Source: Escherichia phage B9-1
Sequence record: OQ420740.1
Length of the DNA stretch: 64,000 nucleotides
Strand: one strand, 5' to 3'
Below, piece after piece: positions 18,033-26,302 of this stretch; the stretch's first letter is position 1, and every line of letters begins with the position of its first letter. Below the pieces are notes generated by a model that worked only from the letters and a program-made list of their open reading frames with translations, was not told the origin of the DNA and ran no database searches. Both the position numbers and the translations under genes were made by a program.

Positions 18033-19316
18033 TCATTCCAGAACCTCCCAAGTGTCCGGGTTAACATTTCGGACGCAGATGCCGACAGGGAATTGGTAGT
18101 TGTTGTCTTCTGTCCTTGCTTGATATTTGAAGGTGACAAACTTGCCGATCATTTCCTGCATCCTGTCATAGCTACGCTCCTCGTGCGTACCTTTCATCTT
18201 CATTTTAACAACGATACCTTCCTTGTCAACACAGATAAGAACACCTTCATCATTCTTATCTTTCTCAACGTCAATAACTTTCACCTCAGCATCGTTGAAC
18301 TTTTTCCATTTCAATGCTTCAGATGTTCGCTGACCGTATTCGTATTTACCACAGAAGTTACGCATGATAGTACCTTCATATCCTTCGGACATGAATACAC
18401 CAACAGATTCTTCGCAATGATCAACTGTGTACGCAAGCTCTGCGTCAACAACCTTGATATGGTCAAGCATCAGAGTGGTAATGGTATCTTCTGCATCCAT
18501 AAGATCCTTGCATCGTCCAGATTCTGTTTCCGGATCCCACCATACCTTGTCACTAGGGATGTCGAAAATATGATACTCTAAGTCATAGCTACAGTACCCT
18601 CCGTAACGCAAATCATCACGAACAGGCTCAACATCAACAGGAATATCTACCTTATTGAAGTTTTTGTATGTTGATAAGCCTGCCTTAATTGCGGCATGAC
18701 GGCGTTTTTTATCTGCCTCGTAGTCTTTATCGATCTCGGCCTGAATCTCTTCCTGTGTGCGCCAACGTTTAGCAAGAGACACTATTTTCTGCAGAGGCAG
18801 ACCATGAATATAGATCTCTCCGTCAAGCTGTTTAATCCCAGTGGTGAAGTGGAAAGAACGAAGTTGCTCCAGAAGCTTTCCTTGAATAGGGTAGGACTTA
18901 TTACCACGGGAAATAAATTTAGGCTCACCGTTTTGGAAAACAACCAGTAGACGAAGGCCATCTAACTTACGCAAGATCCAGCAAGGTAATTTAAGTGCCT
19001 TTCCACGCTTCAGGTAGTCATGCACCAGCATGGGTAAAAGGTCAACACCCTGCTCGCAATCTTCCATATTTTCAACATACCCCAGACGGACTTGTTTTTC
19101 CCACTTACTGATCGCTTCCAGCTCAGCCTGTTGCTCAGCTGTAGTTTCATTGGCACGACCCACGTTCTTAGGTGTGCAGATCGTCTCTTTGTATTGCAGT
19201 TTACCATCAAGCTTGCCAAACTCTACAATAACCTTATCACCATCCGTGAATACTTTCCACTGTTGGTAGCTGCCATCTTTGTTCAGTGCGTACAGTGTTG
19301 TTTTGATCTGATGCAT
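18033..19316 (-). CDS. ATP-dependent DNA ligase
   Basis: 427 aa; adenylation motif I 'RKLDGLRLLVV' (KxDGxR). Confidence 0.75.
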   Translation of the reverse strand: MHQIKTTLYALNKDGSYQQWKVFTDGDKVIVEFGKLDGKLQYKETICTPKNVGRANETTAEQQAELEAISKWEKQVRLGYVENMEDCEQGVDLLPMLVHDYLKRGKALKLPCWILRKLDGLRLLVVFQNGEPKFISRGNKSYPIQGKLLEQLRSFHFTTGIKQLDGEIYIHGLPLQKIVSLAKRWRTQEEIQAEIDKDYEADKKRRHAAIKAGLSTYKNFNKVDIPVDVEPVRDDLRYGGYCSYDLEYHIFDIPSDKVWWDPETESGRCKDLMDAEDTITTLMLDHIKVVDAELAYTVDHCEESVGVFMSEGYEGTIMRNFCGKYEYGQRTSEALKWKKFNDAEVKVIDVEKDKNDEGVLICVDKEGIVVKMKMKGTHEERSYDRMQEMIGKFVTFKYQARTEDNNYQFPVGICVRNVNPDTWEVLE

Positions 19317-19585
19317 TACTCAGCCTCTTCCTTAAAAATTTTAAACATCTCTTCTTTGCTCATTACCAACCAGTCTCCCATAAAGTCAACTAACCAATCC
19401 CCTTGGTACAAGACCAGGTTACCAAACGGCTCGACAAGCTCACACATGCGAAGAATATCTCTGGTCCGAACAGGTGATGGTGCAAACACCCCTGTATCAA
19501 TCCACCGTTGCAGATCAGATACTGATGAAGAGCTTCCGTCAAACTGGTGTGCTTCTACAGGTTTAGCAAGATTAAATAACGGCAT
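19316..19585 (-). CDS. hypothetical protein
   Basis: 89-aa ORF. Confidence 0.3.
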   Translation of the reverse strand: MPLFNLAKPVEAHQFDGSSSSVSDLQRWIDTGVFAPSPVRTRDILRMCELVEPFGNLVLYQGDWLVDFMGDWLVMSKEEMFKIFKEEAE

Positions 19586-19880
19586 TGCAGTCCTCCTTCT
19601 CTAATAGGTCTTTTATCGGGTAAACAAGCAGGTGTGGATCGTAATAATTTATAGTTTTATTCTGCCACACTATGAACTTAATTACAACTAAATTTACCAC
19701 ATCTTTATCTCCATGTAGTCCAACACACAGATTTGTCCATATTTTGTGGTTGAATACTTTGCTGTCGATGTAGATCTTAGTGTCAAACTTATCCTCTATC
19801 CTACCTATAAGTTTAACCAATTCTTTCATCTGATCCCCAAACACAGCATCGTTTTCAAGATCTCTGGAGTGCTTGTACAT
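19572..19880 (-). CDS. hypothetical protein
   Basis: 102-aa ORF. Confidence 0.3.
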   Translation of the reverse strand: MYKHSRDLENDAVFGDQMKELVKLIGRIEDKFDTKIYIDSKVFNHKIWTNLCVGLHGDKDVVNLVVIKFIVWQNKTINYYDPHLLVYPIKDLLEKEDCNAVI

Positions 19881-19944
19881 AACTTTCTACCTCACTTGCA
19901 TACTTTCCGAAACAAGTAAAGCCGGGATCGCCCCGGCTATGTTA

Positions 19945-20658
19945 TTAAATATATTCTGTTACATCCTTGAAGCTTGAAGGCTTCATAATCTTACCTTTAC
20001 TATCAAGAAATATGATAACTTTATTTCCGTTGTAGAATTCTTCTTTAGCAACAAAACCTTCATAGCGACCATCAAAGCGTCGCTCAAGATCTTTAATCTC
20101 CAACTCGATGAGTTGTTCAGCAGGCATATCTGCACTGGCACCGTGTGAATATCGCAGATGGTTGACGCGTGCAAACTTGCTGTCATTAGATTTTAGAACC
20201 TTCCGCATCATCCCGCACACATCACCGCGAAGCTGGAACAGTAAAACCGTTGACAGCTCTGCTAAGCGGTAAGCAGACGCTCTTTGCTTAGAGGTATTTT
20301 TCGCAGCGATCAGTGTATCATAAAATTCACCGATCTTAAACTTAAGACCTCGCGGGTTATCAAACAGGTTTGACCACTTTTCATGGTTATCGTTAACAAG
20401 ATAAGCGGCATAACTTGTGACAACGTGAAGATCGCAAGCCTCTTTTAGGAGATGATCTCCACCATCACCTTTCTCCAACTCTTCCAAAACTTCATTAAAC
20501 TCTTCCTCAATGAAACTAAGCTGGAGTTCGAATGGTGTGTATGATTTTTTCACTTTAGCTGCTACACGGTTCCAATTTTCCACCCAGTTGGCAGACCAAA
20601 GGTAGTTTTCAGGTTGAGACAGTTTTTCCAGGTTGTCGATCAGTTTAGTATTCAGCAT
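19945..20658 (-). CDS. hypothetical protein, weak MazG-like signature
   Basis: 237 aa; acidic helix 'EEEFNEVLEELEK...LLKEACDLHVV' reminiscent of MazG-type NTP pyrophosphohydrolases; weak. Confidence 0.3.
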   Translation of the reverse strand: MLNTKLIDNLEKLSQPENYLWSANWVENWNRVAAKVKKSYTPFELQLSFIEEEFNEVLEELEKGDGGDHLLKEACDLHVVTSYAAYLVNDNHEKWSNLFDNPRGLKFKIGEFYDTLIAAKNTSKQRASAYRLAELSTVLLFQLRGDVCGMMRKVLKSNDSKFARVNHLRYSHGASADMPAEQLIELEIKDLERRFDGRYEGFVAKEEFYNGNKVIIFLDSKGKIMKPSSFKDVTEYI

Positions 20659-20672
20659 TAAAAGGCCTCCGC

Positions 20673-21434
20673 TTACAGTTCCATAAAGTTTTCTACGATG
20701 TCAATAAATGTTTTATCAGAGAAAGCGTCAACCGCCCCGTTAAACCAAACTGGGATGCCGCGATCCTCATACTGGTAAATGTCACTACGTGAAATGCCAT
20801 TCTCCCCTAAATGCTGTGAGTCGTATTTGTTAACGATCAGCAGTTTGGTCCCCTTATTACAGGCAGGGAATAGCTCCCAGTTAAAATTGATAACTGTGTT
20901 GGAGCACCCTACAAGGATAACCATATCATTGCTCGTCAGAGAAGTCAACAGGTCATACATGTCTGTATACTTTGGAGCTACTTCTCCGAAGAACACGACA
21001 TTAGGCTTAACCCAAGTATACTTGCTTGCATCTACCTCAGAGTATCCAATGTCTTTAATGACGTTACTCCCTTCATCATCCTCGTAGACTATTTCTGGCA
21101 AATATCCGTGGACATGTAAAATATCTTCATGTTTTACACCAGCACGCTCCAGCAAATCATCTACATTGGTTGTCAGGTTGATCACGCGACCAGACCAGCG
21201 GGAATACCATTCAGCGATCCGGAGATGTGCAAGGTTAGGATCAACACTGCCCAGAGCTACACGCCGTGCATTGTAAAAGTCATGAACCTTATAATAGTTC
21301 TTGGCAAAGGTGTGGATGTTACACACCTCATCGATGCTGAAATTCTCCCACATTGCAGTGCCACCAGATCGGAAAGTTGGGATACCAGATTCAGCGCTCA
21401 AACCAGCACCGGAGATAATGATCAGTCGTCGCAT
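20673..21434 (-). CDS. SIR2-family NAD-dependent protein (sirtuin-like, no zinc ribbon)
   Basis: 253 aa; 'GAGLSAESGIPTFRSGG', 'TTNVDDLLERAG', 'HVHG', 'VVFFGE' in canonical sirtuin order; CxxC zinc module not evident. Confidence 0.8.
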   Translation of the reverse strand: MRRLIIISGAGLSAESGIPTFRSGGTAMWENFSIDEVCNIHTFAKNYYKVHDFYNARRVALGSVDPNLAHLRIAEWYSRWSGRVINLTTNVDDLLERAGVKHEDILHVHGYLPEIVYEDDEGSNVIKDIGYSEVDASKYTWVKPNVVFFGEVAPKYTDMYDLLTSLTSNDMVILVGCSNTVINFNWELFPACNKGTKLLIVNKYDSQHLGENGISRSDIYQYEDRGIPVWFNGAVDAFSDKTFIDIVENFMEL

Positions 21435-21442
21435 AAGTGTCC

Positions 21443-21793
21443 TCAGTAGATGTTTTGTTTAATCTCTATTCCAAACTTTTTAAACGAGTCAGCAGCAAGC
21501 ATGAATTTACGAGCAGCTGATGGGTTAGAAGTATGCACGAAAATCTTCACGTTGTCAACTACAGGAGGCTTACCAAATACAAATTTTTCCTCCAGCATAG
21601 ATAGGCAATCGTACCCTTCAAATACCTCTCCAAGGTCGTTGTCCATGTGCCACTCAGAAACGCGCCTGTAGAGCTTTCCCTTATCGTTAATAAAATCCAT
21701 AAACTCAGAGGAATTCTTTAGCCAAAGAGCATCTGGGAGCCCATAATTTGACGGATCTCTCAAGTCATCCAGCCACACAATCAACTTCTTCAT
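21443..21793 (-). CDS. hypothetical protein
   Basis: 116-aa ORF between SIR2 and RNA ligase; stop overlaps next start. Confidence 0.3.
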   Translation of the reverse strand: MKKLIVWLDDLRDPSNYGLPDALWLKNSSEFMDFINDKGKLYRRVSEWHMDNDLGEVFEGYDCLSMLEEKFVFGKPPVVDNVKIFVHTSNPSAARKFMLAADSFKKFGIEIKQNIY

Positions 21794-22725
21794 TGCATAT
21801 AGTCCTCGTTGTGGAAATAGCAGTCAAGTATCTCACGGCGTTCCTGCTCCAGGAGGCAATTCCACACATCTTCTGTGTAGTTTCTACGAATGAAGTTTAC
21901 CATGCCGTAAAACTCTTCGTCAACACGTTTAAAGATATCATCATCCCAAATCTTCCAAGCTTTACCCCTCATTACGGCCTTCCGTGCCAAATAGTATGGA
22001 GACTTGATCTTCAGCTGAAGATCATAAGGGTAGTAAGGCTTACGAATCATATACCCTTCACCTCTTGTTTCTGCAGCTAATTCTTTTGCATAGCTGAACG
22101 GAATTTCACGCACAGTGTGAGGACGTTTTGCACCAAGGTATTTGGCAATCCCATCTAAAGCTGCTTCTGGTAGCATTATTCCGGAATCATTATATCTGCA
22201 ACCTATCAAATATGCGCCATGATCTTCCTGAACAATATGCGGATCTGAAGGGTGACAAATTTCAAACATGAATGTCATGTTTTCATGGCCCATAACCTTC
22301 TTGATAAGATCTAAATTACCACATTGCTCCTGGATGGTTTCCTTTGCAAGGTTACAATATGGAGAATCAAGAGACCCGGTTGTTGAAAACAATAGTTCAC
22401 CTTTATGAGATGATACCACACCAAGGAATCCGTTCTTTTTCTCTACCGCCGTCACAAGTTTATTGTCAGGCAGGTTGGTGGAGTTTTCTCCCAAATTAAA
22501 CACTTTTGTGAAGGGCCATGCCACAACATTTCCTTCATTACCGACAACAATGCCTCGGCACTCTAGTAAACGCGGAGACAAATGCCATAAATTGTTGTAG
22601 AATACTTTTCTGGCATATTTGTAGATCTTTAATCCAAGATCTGGGTAATATCTGCTGGTTACAAGACCTTTGTCAACCAGGTCGTCTGCATTAAAATACT
22701 TCATCATACATTCCTCATTTGTCAT
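21790..22725 (-). CDS. RNA ligase (Rnl1-like nucleotidyltransferase)
   Basis: 311 aa; motif I 'EKKNGFLG' (compare T4 Rnl1 'KEDGSL'), motif IV-like 'GEGYMIRK', motif V-like 'LKIK'; a separate KxDG DNA ligase exists at 18033-19316. Confidence 0.55.
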   Translation of the reverse strand: MTNEECMMKYFNADDLVDKGLVTSRYYPDLGLKIYKYARKVFYNNLWHLSPRLLECRGIVVGNEGNVVAWPFTKVFNLGENSTNLPDNKLVTAVEKKNGFLGVVSSHKGELLFSTTGSLDSPYCNLAKETIQEQCGNLDLIKKVMGHENMTFMFEICHPSDPHIVQEDHGAYLIGCRYNDSGIMLPEAALDGIAKYLGAKRPHTVREIPFSYAKELAAETRGEGYMIRKPYYPYDLQLKIKSPYYLARKAVMRGKAWKIWDDDIFKRVDEEFYGMVNFIRRNYTEDVWNCLLEQERREILDCYFHNEDYMQ

Positions 22726-22768
22726 TTTGTCCCTTTATTCTGCCACACAAATAACCTGGTGTCAACAC

Positions 22769-22797
22769 TTGAAATTAACAAAACAGTTAGGTATACT
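22769..22797 (+). promoter_or_regulatory. sigma70-like promoter (TTGAAA-N17-TATACT)
   Basis: -35 at 22769-74, 17-nt spacer, -10 at 22792-97, then RBS GGAGAG and ATG 22826. Confidence 0.5.
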
Positions 22798-22825
22798 ATC
22801 ATTAAAATTAAAACGGAGAGTTACT

Positions 22826-23236
22826 ATGTCTAAAATGCTATATATCGTGCGTGGTCTACCAGGGTCTGGCAAATCAACACTGGCAAATGCGCTATCTTTA
22901 GAAGGTCTGTATCCACATTTTGAGAACGATATGTTCTGGTACGACGATGACGGCAATTACAATTGGGATGCAAGTAAAGTAACACTTGCAGCAAAATGGT
23001 GCAAAGATAACGTAGAAGATATGATGCGTATGGGCTACGACCGTATCGTGGTAAGTAATACGTTTACAAAAGAAAAATATGTGCAAGAATATATTGACAT
23101 GGCGATCAGTCATGGATATAGTTATACCGTAATCGTGGTTGAAAACCGCCATGGTAATAAAAGCATTCATGATGTTCCAGACAGGGTTGTGGATCGTATG
23201 GAACGCCAGCTTAAAAACTGCATTAAACTTAAATGA
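22826..23236 (+). CDS. polynucleotide 5'-kinase-like P-loop protein
   Basis: 136 aa from the RBS-supported ATG; 'GLPGSGKST' (T4 Pnkp 'GCPGSGKST'), 'IVVSNTFT' (T4 'VIISDTNL'), 'VPDRVVDRM'. Confidence 0.7.
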   Translation: MSKMLYIVRGLPGSGKSTLANALSLEGLYPHFENDMFWYDDDGNYNWDASKVTLAAKWCKDNVEDMMRMGYDRIVVSNTFTKEKYVQEYIDMAISHGYSYTVIVVENRHGNKSIHDVPDRVVDRMERQLKNCIKLK

Positions 23237-23243
23237 GGAATGT

Positions 23244-23798
23244 ATGAAATACTTTGTAACAAGCGACACACACTTTCTCCACCAGCGGGTAATGGAGTTC
23301 GACTCATGTCAAAAACACAGATCTCAGTATGATCACAATCTTGACAGTATGAATGCGGGAATCATCACCAAGTGGAACTCTGTTGTGTCACCTGCAGACA
23401 CTGTGTTTCACTTGGGGGATATTGCGTGCACTAATGATAAGAATATCAACAAATTGCTTCCAGATGTTCTAAATATGCTGAACGGACATATTATTCTTGT
23501 TCGTGGTAACCATGACACAAGGACGACTGTCAGAATTATGAAAGAGTTCGGTCATGAGGTTGTAGATTATTACGAGCTTCGCCACAACAAGAATTTGATC
23601 TGTATGAGCCATTACCAGTTTGCAAAGTGGAACAGAAAGCCTCACGGATCAGTCCAACTGTTCGGTCATGCTCACGGAACCACACAGCAGTTGTTTGGCA
23701 GGCAGTTTGATGTCGGTTGGGATGTGTGGGGGAGACTCTTACCATTAGAAGAGGCATACCGTATTGCAATGAGTCTTGCTATTGACAGCGGGGAGTAA
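23244..23798 (+). CDS. calcineurin-like metallophosphoesterase
   Basis: 184 aa from ATG 23244; 'VTSDTHF', 'HLGDI', 'VRGNHD', 'GHAHG' metallophosphatase motifs. Confidence 0.75.
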   Translation: MKYFVTSDTHFLHQRVMEFDSCQKHRSQYDHNLDSMNAGIITKWNSVVSPADTVFHLGDIACTNDKNINKLLPDVLNMLNGHIILVRGNHDTRTTVRIMKEFGHEVVDYYELRHNKNLICMSHYQFAKWNRKPHGSVQLFGHAHGTTQQLFGRQFDVGWDVWGRLLPLEEAYRIAMSLAIDSGE

Positions 23799-23845
23799 TC
23801 CCTGCTATTTTAAAGAAAATTGCCACACAAGGAGAATCAGGAGAT

Positions 23846-24196
23846 ATGAAAGATGGGGATAAGCTGCTATATCTTAAAGTCCCCCTTGAAATACTGTCTA
23901 TGTCAAAAGTTTTGAATGACACAACTGGGGAGGTTGTTGTTCTTGACTTATATGACAAGATCGTATACTGCTACCTGCACAACTGGTACAAGCTTGGAGG
24001 AAATTCACGCTTCACACCCAGCACAAGGAAAATTGCAGCAGATGTTGGGATAAAGAAAACAAAAGCAGCAGCGTGCGTTAAAACTTTAGAATGTGCAGGA
24101 GTGGTTGAAATATCCACACAAGGGAGAGGTAAAAGATGCACATTTTCCAAAGTTTTGCCACCAGAAGAGGTTATTCGAATGTCAACAACTGGTTAG
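23846..24196 (+). CDS. hypothetical protein (possible DNA-binding)
   Basis: 116-aa ORF immediately upstream of the iteron array. Confidence 0.35.
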   Translation: MKDGDKLLYLKVPLEILSMSKVLNDTTGEVVVLDLYDKIVYCYLHNWYKLGGNSRFTPSTRKIAADVGIKKTKAAACVKTLECAGVVEISTQGRGKRCTFSKVLPPEEVIRMSTTG

Positions 24197-24270
24197 ACCA
24201 GTAAAAACTTAAATATCTGTACTATAAGGATTCGTATGTTTTATGTCCACCCCAGAGCAGAGGATAGTAA

Positions 24271-24354
24271 CTGTCCGTGATACGGACACTACTGTCCGTC
24301 ACGCGGACACATCTGCCCGTAATACGGACACTAACTGTCCGTGATACGGACACA
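24271..24354. repeat. four tandem palindromic 19-bp repeats (iteron/operator-like), about 21-bp period
   Basis: 'ctgtccgtgatacggacac' at 24271 and 24336 (identical), variants 'ctgtccgtcacgcggacac' at 24292 and 'ctgcccgtaatacggacac' at 24313; each carries inverted GTCCG/CGGAC half-sites. Confidence 0.7.
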
Positions 24355-24857
24355 TAAAGAATATAACTAAAATAACTAAATAATAAAAAATAAAAGATCT
24401 AGTACTTATGGTACTAAAGTGCATATACTTAACTTATGTAGAATATACTAGATCCTAAGTACCATGTTTTAAATTTATTACTTATTGTTGGTAGTGTCGG
24501 CCCTTCATTGGCACTCGCCTACGAGGGGCGAGATGCCGGGCCTCCATAGTGCACACAATGACAGAAGTGCATACATGCAGGACTGTTAACATGTGTGGTA
24601 GCGAAGCGATAGCGCAGGCCAAAGGCCTAGCACTAATGTGGACCACCGACGAAAGCTTGCCAGCGCCGGAAGGAGTCGGTTGAGAGACTCCCGCGCGAGT
24701 TCTGATAAAGTTTATGTGTGGAAACTGACAAGAAGGCTCCTAAATCGCTACACAGCTATATAAACTATACCAAGTAAGGCAATCGCACCAGTTTGATAGA
24801 AAAGCTCGTTACAAAGCGATACAGTGAGTTTTTCTATAACTTGAAGAGGAGTCTGCT

Positions 24858-25436
24858 ATGAGTTCACGCAAAGATGCCGGTGAAAAGATTGCAAAACGTT
24901 ATCAGAATGAAGAACAGATGGAGAAAACTTTCAAGTGGAAGCCAGGTTTCCAGCGTAATCATTCTAACGCTCGTGATCGTAAGCATCCTGATAAGTGGCT
25001 AACACCGCCAAATGATGGCATGCAGGTTGGTGATGAGAAGGAGCTATCACCTGGAAAAGATGGCAACTACATTCGCACTAAGGACGCTAGTCCAAAGGAT
25101 GACAGCTATCTTGTAGATAAGGTTCTTGATGGTATTGATGTAGATGTTGACACTGCACGAAACCTTTTTCTTGGTTGGTATCGTACAGGGTTTTTCGACA
25201 TCAAGGCCATTCGTCGTGTTTGTGATATTAAAAAGTCTGCATATGATGACGACTCGTTACATCGCACCCTGAGACAATATTCAGAAAGATATGGTCATCC
25301 GGTTATCACTCTTGACGATGTTAACGAAGTGATGTATCATGCAGAGGTTGTTGCAGGCAGATTTGGTGATGCATATCTTGATATCCTTTCTGCAAACGAT
25401 GAGGTAATGTTGAATAAGATTTACTATGAACGTTGA
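24858..25436 (+). CDS. hypothetical protein
   Basis: 192-aa ORF with RBS GAGGAG upstream. Confidence 0.4.
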   Translation: MSSRKDAGEKIAKRYQNEEQMEKTFKWKPGFQRNHSNARDRKHPDKWLTPPNDGMQVGDEKELSPGKDGNYIRTKDASPKDDSYLVDKVLDGIDVDVDTARNLFLGWYRTGFFDIKAIRRVCDIKKSAYDDDSLHRTLRQYSERYGHPVITLDDVNEVMYHAEVVAGRFGDAYLDILSANDEVMLNKIYYER

Positions 25437-25635
25437 GGAGAGCTTGATGAACAATCCGGTAGCAAAGAACTGTAATAAGTTCAACAAGTCTGCAATTCAC
25501 ACCGACAGGAAAAAGAGCTGGTCACCGGACATTGACGAGGAGCTTGAGAATTACTTTGAAGATCTAGTCACCAATGCAGGTGAGGTTGCGATTAAAGAAT
25601 ACGCAGACAGGAAGGATAAGGCCGGAATCTGTTGA
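25426..25635 (+). CDS. hypothetical protein
   Basis: 69-aa ORF. Confidence 0.25.
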   Translation: MNVEESLMNNPVAKNCNKFNKSAIHTDRKKSWSPDIDEELENYFEDLVTNAGEVAIKEYADRKDKAGIC

Positions 25636-25660
25636 CAAAAATAATGTTACCTGATAAGAT
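25632..25660 (+). promoter_or_regulatory. sigma70-like promoter (TTGACA-N17-TAAGAT)
   Basis: Consensus -35, 17-nt spacer, TG two bases upstream of the -10. Confidence 0.5.
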
Positions 25661-25711
25661 CTGCAATATGATGTGATACAATTTTAACTTACGAGGTCTA
25701 CAGGTAATGCT

Positions 25712-25954
25712 ATGTTTAAGGTTAAGCTCGTTTTCCGTTCCATGAATGAGGATTATTTAGAAGATGAAGGTGAATTTCGTGCACTAGATGATGCAATAGA
25801 TTTTGCCAACGACTTAGCTTGTATGAATACTGGTTATGGTTTATGTTGTTGGGATGGTGGTGTTCAGATTGGTGATAGCAAGATCTTCTACTTCTACCCT
25901 GAGCCCGATAACAAACAAATTAAGTATGTTTTATTTATTTGTGCTTTACAATGA
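25712..25954 (+). CDS. hypothetical protein
   Basis: 80-aa ORF with RBS. Confidence 0.3.
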   Translation: MFKVKLVFRSMNEDYLEDEGEFRALDDAIDFANDLACMNTGYGLCCWDGGVQIGDSKIFYFYPEPDNKQIKYVLFICALQ

Positions 25955-26245
25955 GGTTGTTTTCGTGTATCATGATGAATATCCAATTTAAAGATGAGTT
26001 TGATGGCTTTATCTCCGGATGCTTTGAAACAGGGTTCGGAGAAGTCTGAGTTCCCCTTAGAGGGCTTGATAGTGCACCACACTTAAAATGGTAGGGGCAG
26101 CCAGCACATGACGATGTGACCCCAGCCAACCTGTAATAAGGTCGAGCCTGAGAGCGGTAATGGGTATAGCTGGAAAACCCACTCGTTGGGTCTTGTTGGT
26201 CCAGGACGCTGGGCAAGTCGCAGGGAATACCACCCTGCGGCGAAC

Positions 26246-26290
26246 TTGACAATCAGTATTTGCCGTGATAAAATCCACCTATCACGTGAT
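26246..26290 (+). promoter_or_regulatory. sigma70 promoter (TTGACA-N17-TAAAAT) with downstream 10-bp palindrome
   Basis: -35 26246-51, -10 26269-74 with upstream TG; perfect palindrome 'atcacgtgat' at 26281-90 between the -10 and the RBS. Confidence 0.55.
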
Positions 26291-26302
26291 AATGGAGGAA
26301 AC

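Noticed and set aside
17961-18581. Plus-strand 206-aa ORF inside the DNA ligase gene
   Set aside because: Antisense to a well-supported gene with a conserved ligase motif, no RBS, low-complexity translation; likely a shadow ORF. The same applies to other antisense track ORFs such as 1686-2096, 11812-12174, 33899-34342, 48528-48968 and 50559-51077.
24271-24354. Possible CRISPR array suggested by the tandem repeats
   Set aside because: Only four copies, units are themselves palindromic and directly abutting (21-bp period) with no unique spacers of 28-40 bp, and no cas genes nearby; better explained as iterons or operators.
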